64,000 nucleotides of DNA from Deinococcus sp. (lineage in GTDB: Bacteria; Deinococcota; Deinococci; Deinococcales; Deinococcaceae): positions 1,440,001 to 1,504,000 of the forward strand of contig OZ253375.1 in NCBI GenBank assembly GCA_965261005.1, given 5' to 3'. The notes under the pieces were generated by a model. It did no database searches. It was not told the origin of the DNA and saw nothing but the letters and a program-made list of their open reading frames with translations. Positions 43,600-55,127 of this stretch are shown in pieces. Within the stretch, counting starts at the first letter, position 1; each line of letters opens with the position of its first letter. A program made the translations under genes and the position numbers.

Positions 43600-44169
43600 A
43601 TGACCGACCCCGCCCTGGGCACCATACCGGAAGAGGAGTATCTGGCCTCCGAAGAACGCTCCGAGGTGCGTCGCGAATACGTGGACGGTTTCGTTTACGC
43701 GCAAGCGGGGGCCAGCAAGCAGCATGGCCGAATCGCGGGCAACATCCTGCGCGTTCTGCTCAACGCCGTTCAAGGTGGCCCGTGCTGGGTGTACGCCAGC
43801 GATATGAAGATCAAGCTCAGGGGGCCGAACGGATTGCGCTACTCCTACCCCGACTTGGCCGTGGTCTGCGACGAGGACACCACCGAGACCCACGCCGAAA
43901 CCAGGCCCTGCCTGATCGTGGAGATTCTGAGCGGGTCCACGCGGCAGGTGGACATGACCTTCAAGGCGCGGGACTATCTGAGTTTGCCCAGCCTTGAGGG
44001 CTACCTGTTGGTGGACGGTGAGGGTCGGGCGGCCCAGCTGTACCGGCGGCTGCCGGGAGGCGGCTGGACGACGGAGATCATGCAGGACAGCTTGATTCTG
44101 CCTTGCATGAACGTCCCGCTGTCGTTGGCGGAAATGTACGCGGGCGTCGGACCAACGGACGCGCCGTGA
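43600..44169 (+). CDS. Uma2 family endonuclease
   Basis: EEYL..E, EYVDG, YPDL, P.LIVEILS.ST...D, K..Y..LPSL. Confidence 0.92.
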   Translation: MTDPALGTIPEEEYLASEERSEVRREYVDGFVYAQAGASKQHGRIAGNILRVLLNAVQGGPCWVYASDMKIKLRGPNGLRYSYPDLAVVCDEDTTETHAETRPCLIVEILSGSTRQVDMTFKARDYLSLPSLEGYLLVDGEGRAAQLYRRLPGGGWTTEIMQDSLILPCMNVPLSLAEMYAGVGPTDAP

Positions 44170-44170
44170 G

Positions 44171-44866
44171 CTAGAGGTCGGCCAGCATCGCCCGCACCAC
44201 CCGCACGGCGCGGGCGGCCACCAGGGGCATAAAGGCCACGTAATCCACGTCGGCGTCCCCATCCGCGGTGTCGCTCATCGAGCGGATCACCACGAAGGGG
44301 ACGCTGCGCTGGGCGCACACCTGCGCGACGGCCGCCCCCTCCATCTCGGCGCAGGCGGCCCCGAAGGTGTCGCGCAGCCAGCTCACCTTTTCGGGCGAGG
44401 CCACGAACTGGTCGCCGCTGGCGACGCGGCCGGTCACAACCCGCACATCACCCAGGGTGTTGGCCGCCCGCACGGCGCTCTCACGCAGCGTCTCGTCGGC
44501 GGGCCAGCTGAGAACTTCGCCGGGAATCAGGCCCCGCTCATAGCCGAGGGCCGCCACGTCCACGTCGTGTTGCACGCAATCGCTCGACACCAGCATGTCG
44601 CCCACCCCCAATACCGGGTCGAGGGCGCCCGCCACCCCGGTGAAGATCACGCGGGCCGCGCCCGCCTCCAGCAGCGCCAGGCAGCCCACGGCGGCGTTCA
44701 CCTTGCCGACGCCGCACTGCCCCAGCACGACCGCGCGCCCGTCCAGCTGCCCGGCGTGCAGGGTCACGCCCAGCACCTTCAGCTCCCGCGCCCCCCGCAA
44801 TTCGGGCCGCAGCAGCTCGACTTCCTCACGCATGGCGCCCATCACGCCGATTGTTTCGCTTCTCAT
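44171..44866 (-). CDS. mtnN: 5'-methylthioadenosine/SAH nucleosidase
   Basis: GAM.EE, GVGKVNAA, SGDQFV, EMEGAA, RSMSD.AD. Confidence 0.95.
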   Translation of the reverse strand: MRSETIGVMGAMREEVELLRPELRGARELKVLGVTLHAGQLDGRAVVLGQCGVGKVNAAVGCLALLEAGAARVIFTGVAGALDPVLGVGDMLVSSDCVQHDVDVAALGYERGLIPGEVLSWPADETLRESAVRAANTLGDVRVVTGRVASGDQFVASPEKVSWLRDTFGAACAEMEGAAVAQVCAQRSVPFVVIRSMSDTADGDADVDYVAFMPLVAARAVRVVRAMLADL

Positions 44867-44901
44867 GTCGCGGCCAGTCTAGCTAGACTGGTCCCGATAT
44901 A

Positions 44902-45558
44902 TTGAACCCCGTGCGCGCGGCGCTAACGGTGTGGGGGCGGGCGGGGCGGCGGCTGTGGGTTAACTTGCCGCGTCTGATCGCCGCCAATGTGCTGTGGCTG
45001 CTGCTGGCTTGGCCGCTGGTGACGCTGGGGGCCGCCACGCTGGCGCTGTACGCCTGGCTGCGCCGCGCCGTGCTGGAATACGAGGAGACACGCCTGGAGC
45101 GCTCCCTTCCAGAAGAGTCCCCGCTCAGCTTGTTGCGCGACTTGCGCCGCCAATGGTGGCCGGGGACGTTGTGGCTGGGCGCGAACTTGGCCGTGGCCGT
45201 GATCTTGCTGTCGAACGTTGCGTTGTGGCGCCTTCGGCTGGGACCGCTGGGCGCGCTGTGGGTGGAGCTGCTGGCGGGCTACCTGGCTTGGCTGTGGCTG
45301 GCCGTGCAGCCGTACCTGCTCGACGCCCTGGCCGAGGGGCGCCCCTTCGGCGCCGCGCTCTCCGAGGCGGGGCGCATCGTGGCGGCCTTTCCCGTGTACG
45401 CCCACCTGTGCGCCCTGCCCCCCCTACTGCTGGCGCTGCTAGGCGCTTGGTTGAGGACGCTGTGGCCCGTGGTCGGCGTGGGCGCGCTGCTGCTGTATTG
45501 GGCGCAGGTCGCCACCTTCGATCCACGCGCCCGGCCCCCCGTTCGCGACCTGTTCTAA
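44902..45558 (+). CDS. YesL/DUF624-like membrane protein
   Basis: NVLWLL...PLVTLGAATLAL; upstream of sugar ABC operon. Confidence 0.65.
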   Translation: MNPVRAALTVWGRAGRRLWVNLPRLIAANVLWLLLAWPLVTLGAATLALYAWLRRAVLEYEETRLERSLPEESPLSLLRDLRRQWWPGTLWLGANLAVAVILLSNVALWRLRLGPLGALWVELLAGYLAWLWLAVQPYLLDALAEGRPFGAALSEAGRIVAAFPVYAHLCALPPLLLALLGAWLRTLWPVVGVGALLLYWAQVATFDPRARPPVRDLF

Positions 45559-45732
45559 GACGTTTATTTAAGCTTGGGTGTGAATTATTTGGATTCTGCC
45601 TTGAGCGGAATAAGAACTTCGCTGGTACGGCGGCGCCTAAACTGGACTGTCAAGCGCAATTTTTGAGCGCGACAATTCGGGTTGGCCTGAGCACGAACGT
45701 CTGCGGCCAACCACATCTTTTTGAGGTGAACT

Positions 45733-46980
45733 ATGTACAAAGGTATTCTTTTGCTGACCGCCGCCCTCGCCGGCACCACCCTTGTCAGCGTGGCCGGCGC
45801 CCAAAAGGTGACGCTCGACTTGTGGGCGCACTGGGGTTCTGAGCAGCGCCGCCCCACCATCAACAAGATCGTGGACACCTGGAACGTCAAGCACCCGGAC
45901 GTTCAGGTCAAGTACACCTTCGTCCCCTTCGACCAGATCATGACCAAGACGCTCGCCAGCGTGGCCGCCGGCAACCCGCCCGACGTGGTCGTCATTGACA
46001 TTCGCACCTCCAAACTGCGCGCCGCCAAGAACCAAGCGAGCGACCTGAGCAAGCTGGGCGCCGACAAGCTGAAAGACCAGTTCTACCCAAATCTGTGGGA
46101 GACCGGCAGCTACAAGGGGGACCAGTACGCGCTTCCCTTCGTGACCGACTCGCGCTTTTTGTACTACAACAAGGACGCCTTCAAGGCGGCCGGCCTCGAC
46201 CCCAACAAGCCGCCCACCAGCTGGGCCGAGCTGGAGGCTGACGCCAAAAAGCTCGACCAGAAGTCGGGGCCGGTGTACCAGCGCATCGGCTTTCTGCCCC
46301 TTCAGGGCAACAACTTCGAGGGCTGGGTCAACAACGCCGGCGCCCCCACCTGGGACGCGGACCGCGTGAACCCCACCCTCAACACGCCGACCGCCATCAA
46401 GACCCTCGATTGGCTGAAGGGCTGGTACGACCGCCTGGGGGCGCGCAACGTGCAGGCCTTTAAGAGCGGCTTCGGCGGCGGCGCGCAGGACCCCTTTATC
46501 TCGGGCAAGCTGGGCATGGTGATTGACATCGGCGGCTACGCCAGCACCCTCAAGAAGTACGCCCCGAACATGAACTACGGCATGGCGCGCCTGCCCACGC
46601 CCAGCGGGCAGGTCGGCCCCATGACCTCGTGGGGCGGCGGCTTCAATTTGGAAGTTCCCGTCGGCAGCGGCCATCCCAAGGAGGCCTTTCAGTTCGCCAA
46701 GTGGTTCGCCACCGAGGGGGCGCGCATCTGGGCGCAGGAGCAGAACGACTTTCCCGGCTCCAAGAACGCCTCCCTGAGCGTGACCACGCCCGCCTTCCGC
46801 TTGATGTCTGCCAACATGAAAAACACGGTCGTCTCGACGGCGCCGGTGTACGTGCCCAGCTACGGCAGCGTCATCGACAAGGCGGTGGACGACGTGACCT
46901 TGCGCGGCGCCGATCCCAAAAAGACGCTGGACGCCGCTCAGGTGGAGCTGCAAAAGCAAGTGGACCAGAACAAGAAGTGA
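45733..46980 (+). CDS. Sugar ABC transporter substrate-binding protein
   Basis: Signal peptide, AGNPPDV, YALP, LYYNKDAFKAAGLDP..PP.SW.EL. Confidence 0.93.
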   Translation: MYKGILLLTAALAGTTLVSVAGAQKVTLDLWAHWGSEQRRPTINKIVDTWNVKHPDVQVKYTFVPFDQIMTKTLASVAAGNPPDVVVIDIRTSKLRAAKNQASDLSKLGADKLKDQFYPNLWETGSYKGDQYALPFVTDSRFLYYNKDAFKAAGLDPNKPPTSWAELEADAKKLDQKSGPVYQRIGFLPLQGNNFEGWVNNAGAPTWDADRVNPTLNTPTAIKTLDWLKGWYDRLGARNVQAFKSGFGGGAQDPFISGKLGMVIDIGGYASTLKKYAPNMNYGMARLPTPSGQVGPMTSWGGGFNLEVPVGSGHPKEAFQFAKWFATEGARIWAQEQNDFPGSKNASLSVTTPAFRLMSANMKNTVVSTAPVYVPSYGSVIDKAVDDVTLRGADPKKTLDAAQVELQKQVDQNKK

Positions 46981-47061
46981 GGGGAGATTCGCTGCCACAA
47001 CCCCTCACCCCCGGCCCCTCTCCCGCAAGGGGGAAGGGGCCTAAAGAGTTAAAGGAGGTCT

Positions 47062-48000
47062 ATGTCGCTACTCGCACCAGGGCGGCGCCCGGCGCGTTTT
47101 AAGTGGAACACGCGCCGCCGCGAGGCGCTGTGGGGATTCGTGTTCATCGCCCCTTGGCTGATCGGACTCTTGGCCTTTGTGGCCGGCCCCATGCTGTTCT
47201 CGCTGTACGCCTCCTTTACCAACTACGACGTGACCTCGCGCTTCGACTGGGTGGGGGCGCGCAACTACGTCCGGCTCTTCACCCAGGACGGGCGCTTTTG
47301 GCACGCGCTGTGGAACACCGGCTACTACGCCCTGTTCGCCGTGCCGCTGGGCGTGGCGGTCGGCCTGCTGGTGGCAGTGCTGCTCAACCAGCAGGTGCCG
47401 GGGCAACGCTTGTTCAGGACCATCTTCTTTCTGCCCAAGGTGCTGACCGGGGTGGCCGTGCTGCTGCTGTGGCTGTGGGTCTTCAATCCACAGGTCGGGC
47501 TGATCAACACCGGCCTATATAAATTGGGCGTGGACGCCAATCACTTGCCGCTGTGGTTCGCCGACCCGGCCTGGTCCAAGCCCGCCCTGATCATCATGAG
47601 CATGTGGACGGCGGCGGGGGGCTTCATCTTCTACCTGGCCGCCCTGCGCGGGGTGCCGCGCGACCTCTACGAGTCGGCGCAGCTCGACGGCGCCAGCGCG
47701 GCGCGGCAGTTCTGGGCCGTCACCATTCCTATGATCTCCCCCATCATCTTCTTCAAGCTGATCACCGGCGTGACGGGCGCGCTGCAATTCTGGTCCGAGT
47801 CCCTGATCCTGACCAAGGGCGGCCCCGACGACAGCACGCTGTTCTACGGCTTGTACATCTGGCAGACCGCCTTCGGCGACCTCAGAATGGGCTACGCCAG
47901 CGCGATGGCCTGGATCCTGCTGCTCATCACGCTGACGATCACCGGCCTTCAGGTCTGGCTGTCGCGCCGCTGGGTGTACTACGAGGGCGAGGTCAAATGA
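47062..48000 (+). CDS. Sugar ABC permease
   Basis: LYESAQLDGA EAA loop; FRTIFFLP. Confidence 0.94.
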   Translation: MSLLAPGRRPARFKWNTRRREALWGFVFIAPWLIGLLAFVAGPMLFSLYASFTNYDVTSRFDWVGARNYVRLFTQDGRFWHALWNTGYYALFAVPLGVAVGLLVAVLLNQQVPGQRLFRTIFFLPKVLTGVAVLLLWLWVFNPQVGLINTGLYKLGVDANHLPLWFADPAWSKPALIIMSMWTAAGGFIFYLAALRGVPRDLYESAQLDGASAARQFWAVTIPMISPIIFFKLITGVTGALQFWSESLILTKGGPDDSTLFYGLYIWQTAFGDLRMGYASAMAWILLLITLTITGLQVWLSRRWVYYEGEVK

Positions 48001-48013
48001 CCGAGAGAAGAAC

Positions 48014-48913
48014 GTGAGCCTGACCCGGCCCACCCCACAGGTTCGTCCGCTGCGGCTGAACCGGCCCGCGTCCCCAAGGCGCCGTCTGCTGACCTTGCTG
48101 AGCAAGCTGCTGGCCCTGCTGGCGCTCACCGCCTGCGCCGCGCTGATCCTCTACCCAGCGCTGTGGATGATCTCCACGTCTCTCAAGCCCGACAGCCAGG
48201 TGTTCGCCTACCCGCCGGTGTGGATTCCCAAGCCCGCCCAGTGGGACAACTACGCCCGCGCTTGGGCGGCGGCCCCTTTCACGCGCTACGCGGTCAACAC
48301 GCTGCTGTATTCCGGCACGGTCACGCTCGCCACGGTGCTGTCGAACGCCTTTGCGGCCTACGGCTTCGCCAAGCTGCGCTTTCCGGGGCGCGACGTCCTC
48401 TTCATCGTGATGCTGTCCACCATGATGATTCCCTCGCTGGTGACGCTGGTGCCTCAGTACGTCCTGTTCAGCAAGCTGGGCTGGGTGGGAACCTACGCCC
48501 CGCTGATCGTGCCGACCTTTTTCGCCAGCGCCTTTTACACCTTTATGCTGCGCCAGTTCTTTCTGAGCATCCCCAACGAGCTGTCCGAGGCGGCGCGGGT
48601 GGACGGCGCCTCCGAGCTATGGATTTGGTGGCGGGTCGTGATGCCGCTGGCGACGCCGGCCCTGGCGGCGGTGGCGATCTTCACCTTCGACGGCACCTGG
48701 AACGACTACGTCAACCCGCTGCTGTACCTGAACAAGGAAAGCCTCTACACCCTTCAGGTGGGCCTCCAGTACTTCCGCACCGCCAACGACGTGCAGTGGC
48801 AGCTACTGATGGCCGCCTCGGCGATGGTGATGCTGCCGGTCATCATCATCTTTTTCGTGTTCCAAAAGTACTTCATCGAGGGCGCCTCGATTTCGGGCGG
48901 GGTCAAGGGATAG
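48014..48913 (+). CDS. Sugar ABC permease
   Basis: ELSEAARVDGA, WNDY..P, FQKYFIEG...GVKG. Confidence 0.94.
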   Translation: MSLTRPTPQVRPLRLNRPASPRRRLLTLLSKLLALLALTACAALILYPALWMISTSLKPDSQVFAYPPVWIPKPAQWDNYARAWAAAPFTRYAVNTLLYSGTVTLATVLSNAFAAYGFAKLRFPGRDVLFIVMLSTMMIPSLVTLVPQYVLFSKLGWVGTYAPLIVPTFFASAFYTFMLRQFFLSIPNELSEAARVDGASELWIWWRVVMPLATPALAAVAIFTFDGTWNDYVNPLLYLNKESLYTLQVGLQYFRTANDVQWQLLMAASAMVMLPVIIIFFVFQKYFIEGASISGGVKG

Positions 48914-48928
48914 CGCTTATAGTGGGCC

Positions 48929-50098
48929 ATGACCCCACCCTCTGATCTTCTCGACGCGCAGCTTTTGGAGAGGTTGCGCCATCCCGACTCGGGCAAGTGG
49001 ACCACCTTCGCGCCGGACGTCTTGCCGCTGTGGGTGGCCGACATGGACTTCGCCCCGGCGCCGGAAATTGTGGAGGCGCTCAAGGAGCGCCTGACCCGCA
49101 CGGTCGGCTACCCGCCGATGGAGGGCGACCCGGAGCTGCTCGATTTGATTGCGTCCGGGCGCGCTCAACCCGTGCAGCCGGGCCTGACCCGCGAGGATGT
49201 CTGGCTGCTGCCCAGCGTGGTGCCCGGCCTCTACGCCGGCGCGCTGGCCCTCAGCGCGCCGGGGGACGAGATCATCACCCACGTCCCGATCTATCCGCCG
49301 TTTCTGGGCGCCGCCGCCGCGCAGGGGCGGGTCGCGCGGCTCACGCCCCTCGTCCGGGATGAAACCGGCTGGCAAATGGACTGGGACGCCCTGGAGGCGG
49401 CCGTCTCGCCGGCCACGCGAATGCTCATGCTGTGTTCGCCGCACAACCCGACGGGTCGGCTGTGGACCCGCGCCGAGCTGGAGCGGCTGGCCGAATTCGC
49501 GCTGCGTCACCGGCTGTGGGTGGTGACCGACGAGCTGCACGCCAACCTGACCCTGGAGGGCGAGTTCGCGCCCTTCGCGTCCCTGAGTCCCGAAATCGCC
49601 GCGCGCACCGTCACCCTGACCGGGCCGTGCAAAACCTTCAACACCGCCGGCCTGGGCATCGGGGCGGCCATCAGCAGCAACCCCGAATTGCTCTCTCGCT
49701 TAAAGACCGCCTCGGCCGGCCTGATGGCCCATCCCGGCGCGCTCTCCATGACCATGTGGCGCGCGGGCATCGAGAAGGGTGGCCCCTGGCTGGCGCGGAC
49801 GCTGGCCGACTTGCGCGCCAACCGCGACTTGGTGTGCGCTTACGCGCGCGAGCGGATGCCGCAGGTGCGCTTCACGTCGCCGCAGGCGACCTACCTGGCT
49901 TGGCTCGACTTCGGCGCGCTGGGTTGGCCGGAGGGGGCGCAGGCCCACCTGCTGGAGCACGCGGGGGTCGCCCTCGTTGAGGGGGCCAGCTTCGGGCCGG
50001 GTTTTGAGAACTCCGCCCGACTCAACTTCGCCACACCCCGGCCCATCCTGCAAGAAGCTTTGGATCGGCTCGCACGAACGGTCAACTCGGGCGGTTAA
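48929..50098 (+). CDS. MalY/PatB family PLP enzyme
   Basis: [43 protein letters not shown]. Confidence 0.92.
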   Translation: MTPPSDLLDAQLLERLRHPDSGKWTTFAPDVLPLWVADMDFAPAPEIVEALKERLTRTVGYPPMEGDPELLDLIASGRAQPVQPGLTREDVWLLPSVVPGLYAGALALSAPGDEIITHVPIYPPFLGAAAAQGRVARLTPLVRDETGWQMDWDALEAAVSPATRMLMLCSPHNPTGRLWTRAELERLAEFALRHRLWVVTDELHANLTLEGEFAPFASLSPEIAARTVTLTGPCKTFNTAGLGIGAAISSNPELLSRLKTASAGLMAHPGALSMTMWRAGIEKGGPWLARTLADLRANRDLVCAYARERMPQVRFTSPQATYLAWLDFGALGWPEGAQAHLLEHAGVALVEGASFGPGFENSARLNFATPRPILQEALDRLARTVNSGG

Positions 50099-53013
50099 CC
50101 CGGCAAGCTGAAGCGCAAAGTGGTGCCCGCTCCCGGCGCACTGTCCAGGGTCAGGTGACCGCCGGCCAATTCCACCCGCTCGCGCAGCCCCATCAGGCCG
50201 AGGTGGCCGCGCGCCGCGAGTTCCGGCACGGCCGTGGCGTCAAACCCACGGCCGTCGTCGGCGACCGTGACCTGCACCTCAGTATCTAGAAAATGCACCC
50301 GCAGCGCGCACGAAGCCGCCCCCGCGTGCTTGTCCACGTTGGTCAGCGCCTCCTGCGCGAGGCGGAACACCGCCAGCTCGGCGTCCTGGCTCAGGCGCCG
50401 CTCGGTTCCCTGCACTTCCAGACGCGCGGGCGTGCTCGCCTGCGCCGCCAGCCACTCCAACGCGGGCAACAAGCCCAAATCGTCCAGCACGCTCGGCCGC
50501 AAATTGCGGGCGTAACGGCGCACCGACGCGATGGCGGCGTTGAGGTCCGCGCGCACTTCCTCGGCGCGGGCGCGAACCGGAGCGGGCAATTCGCGCGACA
50601 ATCGGTCCAGCCGCCGGCCCACCGCCACCAGCACCTGGGCGGTGTCGTCGTGCAACTCGCGCGACAAGCGGCGGCGCTCCTCCTCTTGGGCCTGGGTGAA
50701 CAGGGCCAAGTAGGAGCGCAACTCCAACTGCCGGGCCGAGGCCGCCTCCAACGCTTGGCCGCGCCGGGCGATCTCCTCGGCCAGGCGGCGCTGCTCGCTC
50801 AGGTCGCGCGCCACCAGCAGCACGCCGCTCACGTCACGTCCGCGCCGCACCGCGCTGAGGCGCAGCTCCAAACGGGCCGGCTCACCAGTCCCTAGTTGAC
50901 TGGGGGCCGGCATCTCCACCTCGCAGGTGACGCCGCGCGCCGGGTCGCTAAGGCAATCCTGCCACGCGCGCCCGAAGACCTCGCGCCACTCCTCGCCGAT
51001 CAGGGCGGTGAGAGGGCGCCCGGTCACGTCGCCCAGGAGCGCCAGTGTGGCCGGGTTGGCGTAGCTGACCGCGCCCCCCGCGTCGCAGGCGAGGATCAGG
51101 TCGTGGACACCCTCGGCGAGGGAGCGGTAGCGCGCCTCCTCACGCTCCAGGGCGGCCAGCAGCCGCTCTTGCCGGACGGTCAGGGCGATCTGGTCGGCGA
51201 TGGCGCGCGCCAGCTGCAACACCCGGTCGCTGGGCGCGTCCTCGCGGCCCGAGTCGGCGTAGAGCAGCCCAAAGGTCTGATCCCCCGAGCAGATCGGCAC
51301 CACCAAGGCGGAGTTGGCCCCCGCAAGCGCGCCGCGCCGGGTGAGGCGGCGCGGGCCGCGCCCCAGTTGGGCGCTCAGCCTGGCCGTCTCCCCTGCCCCG
51401 GCGCTCAGGCGGTAGACGCCCAACTCGCGCGTTTCGGTCCCACCTTCGGCAAACAGGGTGACCAAACAGCGCTCGGCGTTCATGGCCAGGGCGGCGCGCT
51501 CGGCGGCCTCGGAGAGGGCGCCCGCCTCACGCCCGCCGCCCAGCAAACGGGCGAGGTGCAGCAGCACGCCGGCCTCGCGCTCGCGGCGCACCTCCTCCTC
51601 GTACAGGCGGGCGTTCTCAATGGCGAGGGCGGCCTGGGCGGCGAAGACATCCGACAGCGAGAGGGCGCCCTCGTCGAGGTCGAGGTCCCCCGCGAAGTAC
51701 AGCGCCAAGCCGCCGAAGGTCTTGCCGCGCGCCGCCAGGGGCAAGCCCAGCACGCCACGAAAAGGGTAAGTGCCGGCCGCGAGGAGGGCGCGGGTGTAGC
51801 GCGAGCCGGCGTCTTCGCGCCCGCCGCGCACGTCGGTCACCGCCACGCGCGCCCGCCCCTCGACGGCGCGCCCCACCACGCCCACGCCCACGCGGGTGTG
51901 GGCGCGCAGCACGTACTCGCTTTCCAGCCCAAGCGCGCTGCGAATACGCAGGGTGCGGCCGTCCGCCTGCAACTCGAAGACGGCGCAGGCCTGGGCCTGA
52001 AACAAACGTTGGGCGTCTTCGAGCAGCTTTTCCAGGGTGTCCGCCAGGCGCAGGCTGCCCGCCAGCGAGAGGGCCACCTCGCGCAAGGTCTCGGCGGCGC
52101 GGCGTTTGCGCGATTCCTCCTCGTACAGGCGGGCGTTGTCAATGGCGAGGGCGGCCTGCTCGGCCAGGGCCAGGGTCAGCCACACCTCGTCCTCGCCGAG
52201 GGGGACGCCGCGCTCCCGGGTGTCCACGTACAACACGCCGAGGGGCCGGCCGCGCGCCGCGAGGGGCACGATCAGACAGCGCTCGGGCGCGAGGTCGGCG
52301 AGGCCCGCCGCCAGCGGCGAGGCGTGGTCGCGCGAGCGGTCGAACAGAATCGGCTCGCCGCGCCCGACCAGGCGCGCGAACGAGTGCGGGCCAATCTGGA
52401 TGCCCGCCAGCGAGGCCGACGCGAAGCCGTAGGCGAACACCTCGCCGGTCTGGGCGGTCGTGCCGCTCACCTCGCGGTACAGCCCCACAAAGGCGCGCTC
52501 GAAGCCGAGCGCCCGCGCCGCCGACTCGGCGGTGGCGGTCAGCACCTCGCCGAGGTCGAGCGAGCCGCCGAGTCGCCGCACCAAGTTCTCCACCACCTCG
52601 GCGGTGCGCCCCCGGCCGCGCCGCGCCTCGCGCGCCAGAACGCCTTCCAGGGCCAGGCCCAGCACCGGCAGCCACTCCGTCAACCCATCCAGGGCCTCCT
52701 CGTCGGCCCCAAACAGCTCCAACACCGCCCCCCCTAGCGGCAGGACGCAGACGGCCCCCTCGAACAGCGGCTCGCCCCCCGCCAGCGCGCGCCCCGCCAG
52801 GCCGTTCCCCTCCAGCAGCGCCAAGCCGCGCCCCGCCTCGGCCAGCACGCGCGCCCCGCCCTCGCCGAACAGCCGCAGCCTGGCCGCGTGCGCGCGCCCG
52901 AGGTCGAGCGCGCGCTGGCACAGGCAGGCGCCGAACGCCGTCCCGGTCGCACAGGCGGCCAGCTCGCGCGTCCAGGTGGCGAGGACCGCACCCTCCACTA
53001 CTCGGCCCTGCAC
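50095..53013 (-). CDS. Multi-GAF/PAS sensor histidine kinase (NarX-type)
   Basis: Repeated [48 protein letters not shown]. Confidence 0.93.
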   Translation of the reverse strand: MQGRVVEGAVLATWTRELAACATGTAFGACLCQRALDLGRAHAARLRLFGEGGARVLAEAGRGLALLEGNGLAGRALAGGEPLFEGAVCVLPLGGAVLELFGADEEALDGLTEWLPVLGLALEGVLAREARRGRGRTAEVVENLVRRLGGSLDLGEVLTATAESAARALGFERAFVGLYREVSGTTAQTGEVFAYGFASASLAGIQIGPHSFARLVGRGEPILFDRSRDHASPLAAGLADLAPERCLIVPLAARGRPLGVLYVDTRERGVPLGEDEVWLTLALAEQAALAIDNARLYEEESRKRRAAETLREVALSLAGSLRLADTLEKLLEDAQRLFQAQACAVFELQADGRTLRIRSALGLESEYVLRAHTRVGVGVVGRAVEGRARVAVTDVRGGREDAGSRYTRALLAAGTYPFRGVLGLPLAARGKTFGGLALYFAGDLDLDEGALSLSDVFAAQAALAIENARLYEEEVRREREAGVLLHLARLLGGGREAGALSEAAERAALAMNAERCLVTLFAEGGTETRELGVYRLSAGAGETARLSAQLGRGPRRLTRRGALAGANSALVVPICSGDQTFGLLYADSGREDAPSDRVLQLARAIADQIALTVRQERLLAALEREEARYRSLAEGVHDLILACDAGGAVSYANPATLALLGDVTGRPLTALIGEEWREVFGRAWQDCLSDPARGVTCEVEMPAPSQLGTGEPARLELRLSAVRRGRDVSGVLLVARDLSEQRRLAEEIARRGQALEAASARQLELRSYLALFTQAQEEERRRLSRELHDDTAQVLVAVGRRLDRLSRELPAPVRARAEEVRADLNAAIASVRRYARNLRPSVLDDLGLLPALEWLAAQASTPARLEVQGTERRLSQDAELAVFRLAQEALTNVDKHAGAASCALRVHFLDTEVQVTVADDGRGFDATAVPELAARGHLGLMGLRERVELAGGHLTLDSAPGAGTTLRFSLPG

Positions 53014-53026
53014 GACTCGACCCCAG

Positions 53027-53695
<669 letters not shown>

Positions 53696-53767
53696 GGGAA
53701 CAGTGTAGTGCGCCTCAGGCTGGGTGCGCCCCGGCCCGCGCAACCCTTCCCAAAACCAGTTCTTGGC

Positions 53768-54376
53768 TCAGCGCCGCCGGGCGCCGCTTTTCACGGTGCG
53801 CTCGGAACTCATCCGGCCACCGCCCGTCCCCTCGTCGAGGTCGAGAGCGCCGGCCGCGTGCAGCAGCCGCGTGGCCTCGTCAGCCATGGTCTGTTCCTGA
53901 TCGCGGGCGATCACCATCACCTTGCCGTCCTTGAGCGCGTTGTAGTAGCCCAGCGCCACCCGCTCGGGCACGCCCATGCGCCGCAGCAAGGTCACGTAGT
54001 CGCCGTGGTCACCCCCCGACAGCGCCCCAAAGGCCGCGCCCAGCCCCAAGCCGCTCAGGGCGCCGAACATCACGCCGTACAGCCCGCCGATTTGCAGCGG
54101 CCGGGTGTCGGGAATCAGGATCAGCAGCAGCCAGGTGGGCAGCGCGAGGCCCACGCCGGCCAGAAAGCCGACGCCGGCCCCACGAAAGATGGCGCTGCTG
54201 CCGGCCGGGGCGCCGTCCTCGTGCGAGATGCCGGTCTCGGCGGCCAGCTCTTCCTGGGCGATCACGTCCAGCAGCGAAAAGCCGAGGTGGTCGCGGGCAA
54301 AGCCACTCTCCATCAAGCGCGCGAGCGCCGACTTGGCCTGAGCAGGCTCCTCAAACAGGGCAACGACGGTTTCCAT
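53768..54376 (-). CDS. Hypothetical membrane protein (general-stress-protein-like)
   Basis: VVALF...A..A...L...GF, glycine-zipper TMs, MGVPE..A..Y...LK.G. Confidence 0.65.
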   Translation of the reverse strand: METVVALFEEPAQAKSALARLMESGFARDHLGFSLLDVIAQEELAAETGISHEDGAPAGSSAIFRGAGVGFLAGVGLALPTWLLLILIPDTRPLQIGGLYGVMFGALSGLGLGAAFGALSGGDHGDYVTLLRRMGVPERVALGYYNALKDGKVMVIARDQEQTMADEATRLLHAAGALDLDEGTGGGRMSSERTVKSGARRR

Positions 54377-54500
54377 CAGGAGTGTTGTAGCACGCCGCGC
54401 GCCGCGCGTGAACAGGACAAATATAACGGCCGTTCATCAGGAGGCCAGATAAAAACGGCCCCGCCGAAGCGGGGCCGCAAGAACACTTAACCTCGCAAAC

Positions 54501-55019
54501 TTACTTTCGCAAGTCCACGGTCTTGTGCTCGCCGACGTTGCCCGCCGGCTTGCCGGTCAGGGCCGCCTTGGCCATGCCGAACAGCGCCACCATCTTGCCG
54601 CTGGGCGAGTCCCAATACTCGGCGCTCTCGGCGTCCACCCGGATCAGGGTGAGCTGCGGGTCGTCGAGGCCGTCCGGGAACCAAGCCTTGAGGGTGGGGT
54701 TCCACAGCTCCCTTTTCTTGGCCTCATCGTCCACCTGGCTCGCCCGGCCAGCCAGCGATACGTAGACTTGGTCGCCCGGGTCGCTGTAGGCCACGTTGAC
54801 GTTGGGGTTCCCTTGAAACTCGTCTATCTTCTCGGTCGAGCGCTCGGTAAAGAACCAGGCCGTGCCGTCGAACTCGACTTGCTGGGTCGCCATCGGGCGG
54901 GCGTGCAGCTGTCCCGTCTCGTCGGCGGTGGTGAACATGGCGATGCGGACGCCCTTGATCAGGTCCGCGATCTTCTTGGACGCGTCTTCCTTTGACATGT
55001 GCTCATGTGTGGTTGCCAT
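54501..55019 (-). CDS. Pyridoxamine 5'-phosphate oxidase-like general stress protein
   Basis: AMFTT, ARPMA.Q, WFFT, YVSLAG.A, AWFPDG.DDP, AEYWD. Confidence 0.88.
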   Translation of the reverse strand: MATTHEHMSKEDASKKIADLIKGVRIAMFTTADETGQLHARPMATQQVEFDGTAWFFTERSTEKIDEFQGNPNVNVAYSDPGDQVYVSLAGRASQVDDEAKKRELWNPTLKAWFPDGLDDPQLTLIRVDAESAEYWDSPSGKMVALFGMAKAALTGKPAGNVGEHKTVDLRK

Positions 55020-55127
55020 GTGGTAAGTCTGGCGTAGATAAAGCCGGCGTTTTGCGGGACGCGGCACCGTTTGAAGAAAGCCTCAAAGGCCGTCACACCC
55101 AAATGGTCTGGATGTTCGGCCGGGTTT

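Noticed and set aside
45600..45675. LacI-like operator upstream of the sugar ABC operon
   Set aside because: Only loose AGCG-centred matches and no regulator gene adjacent
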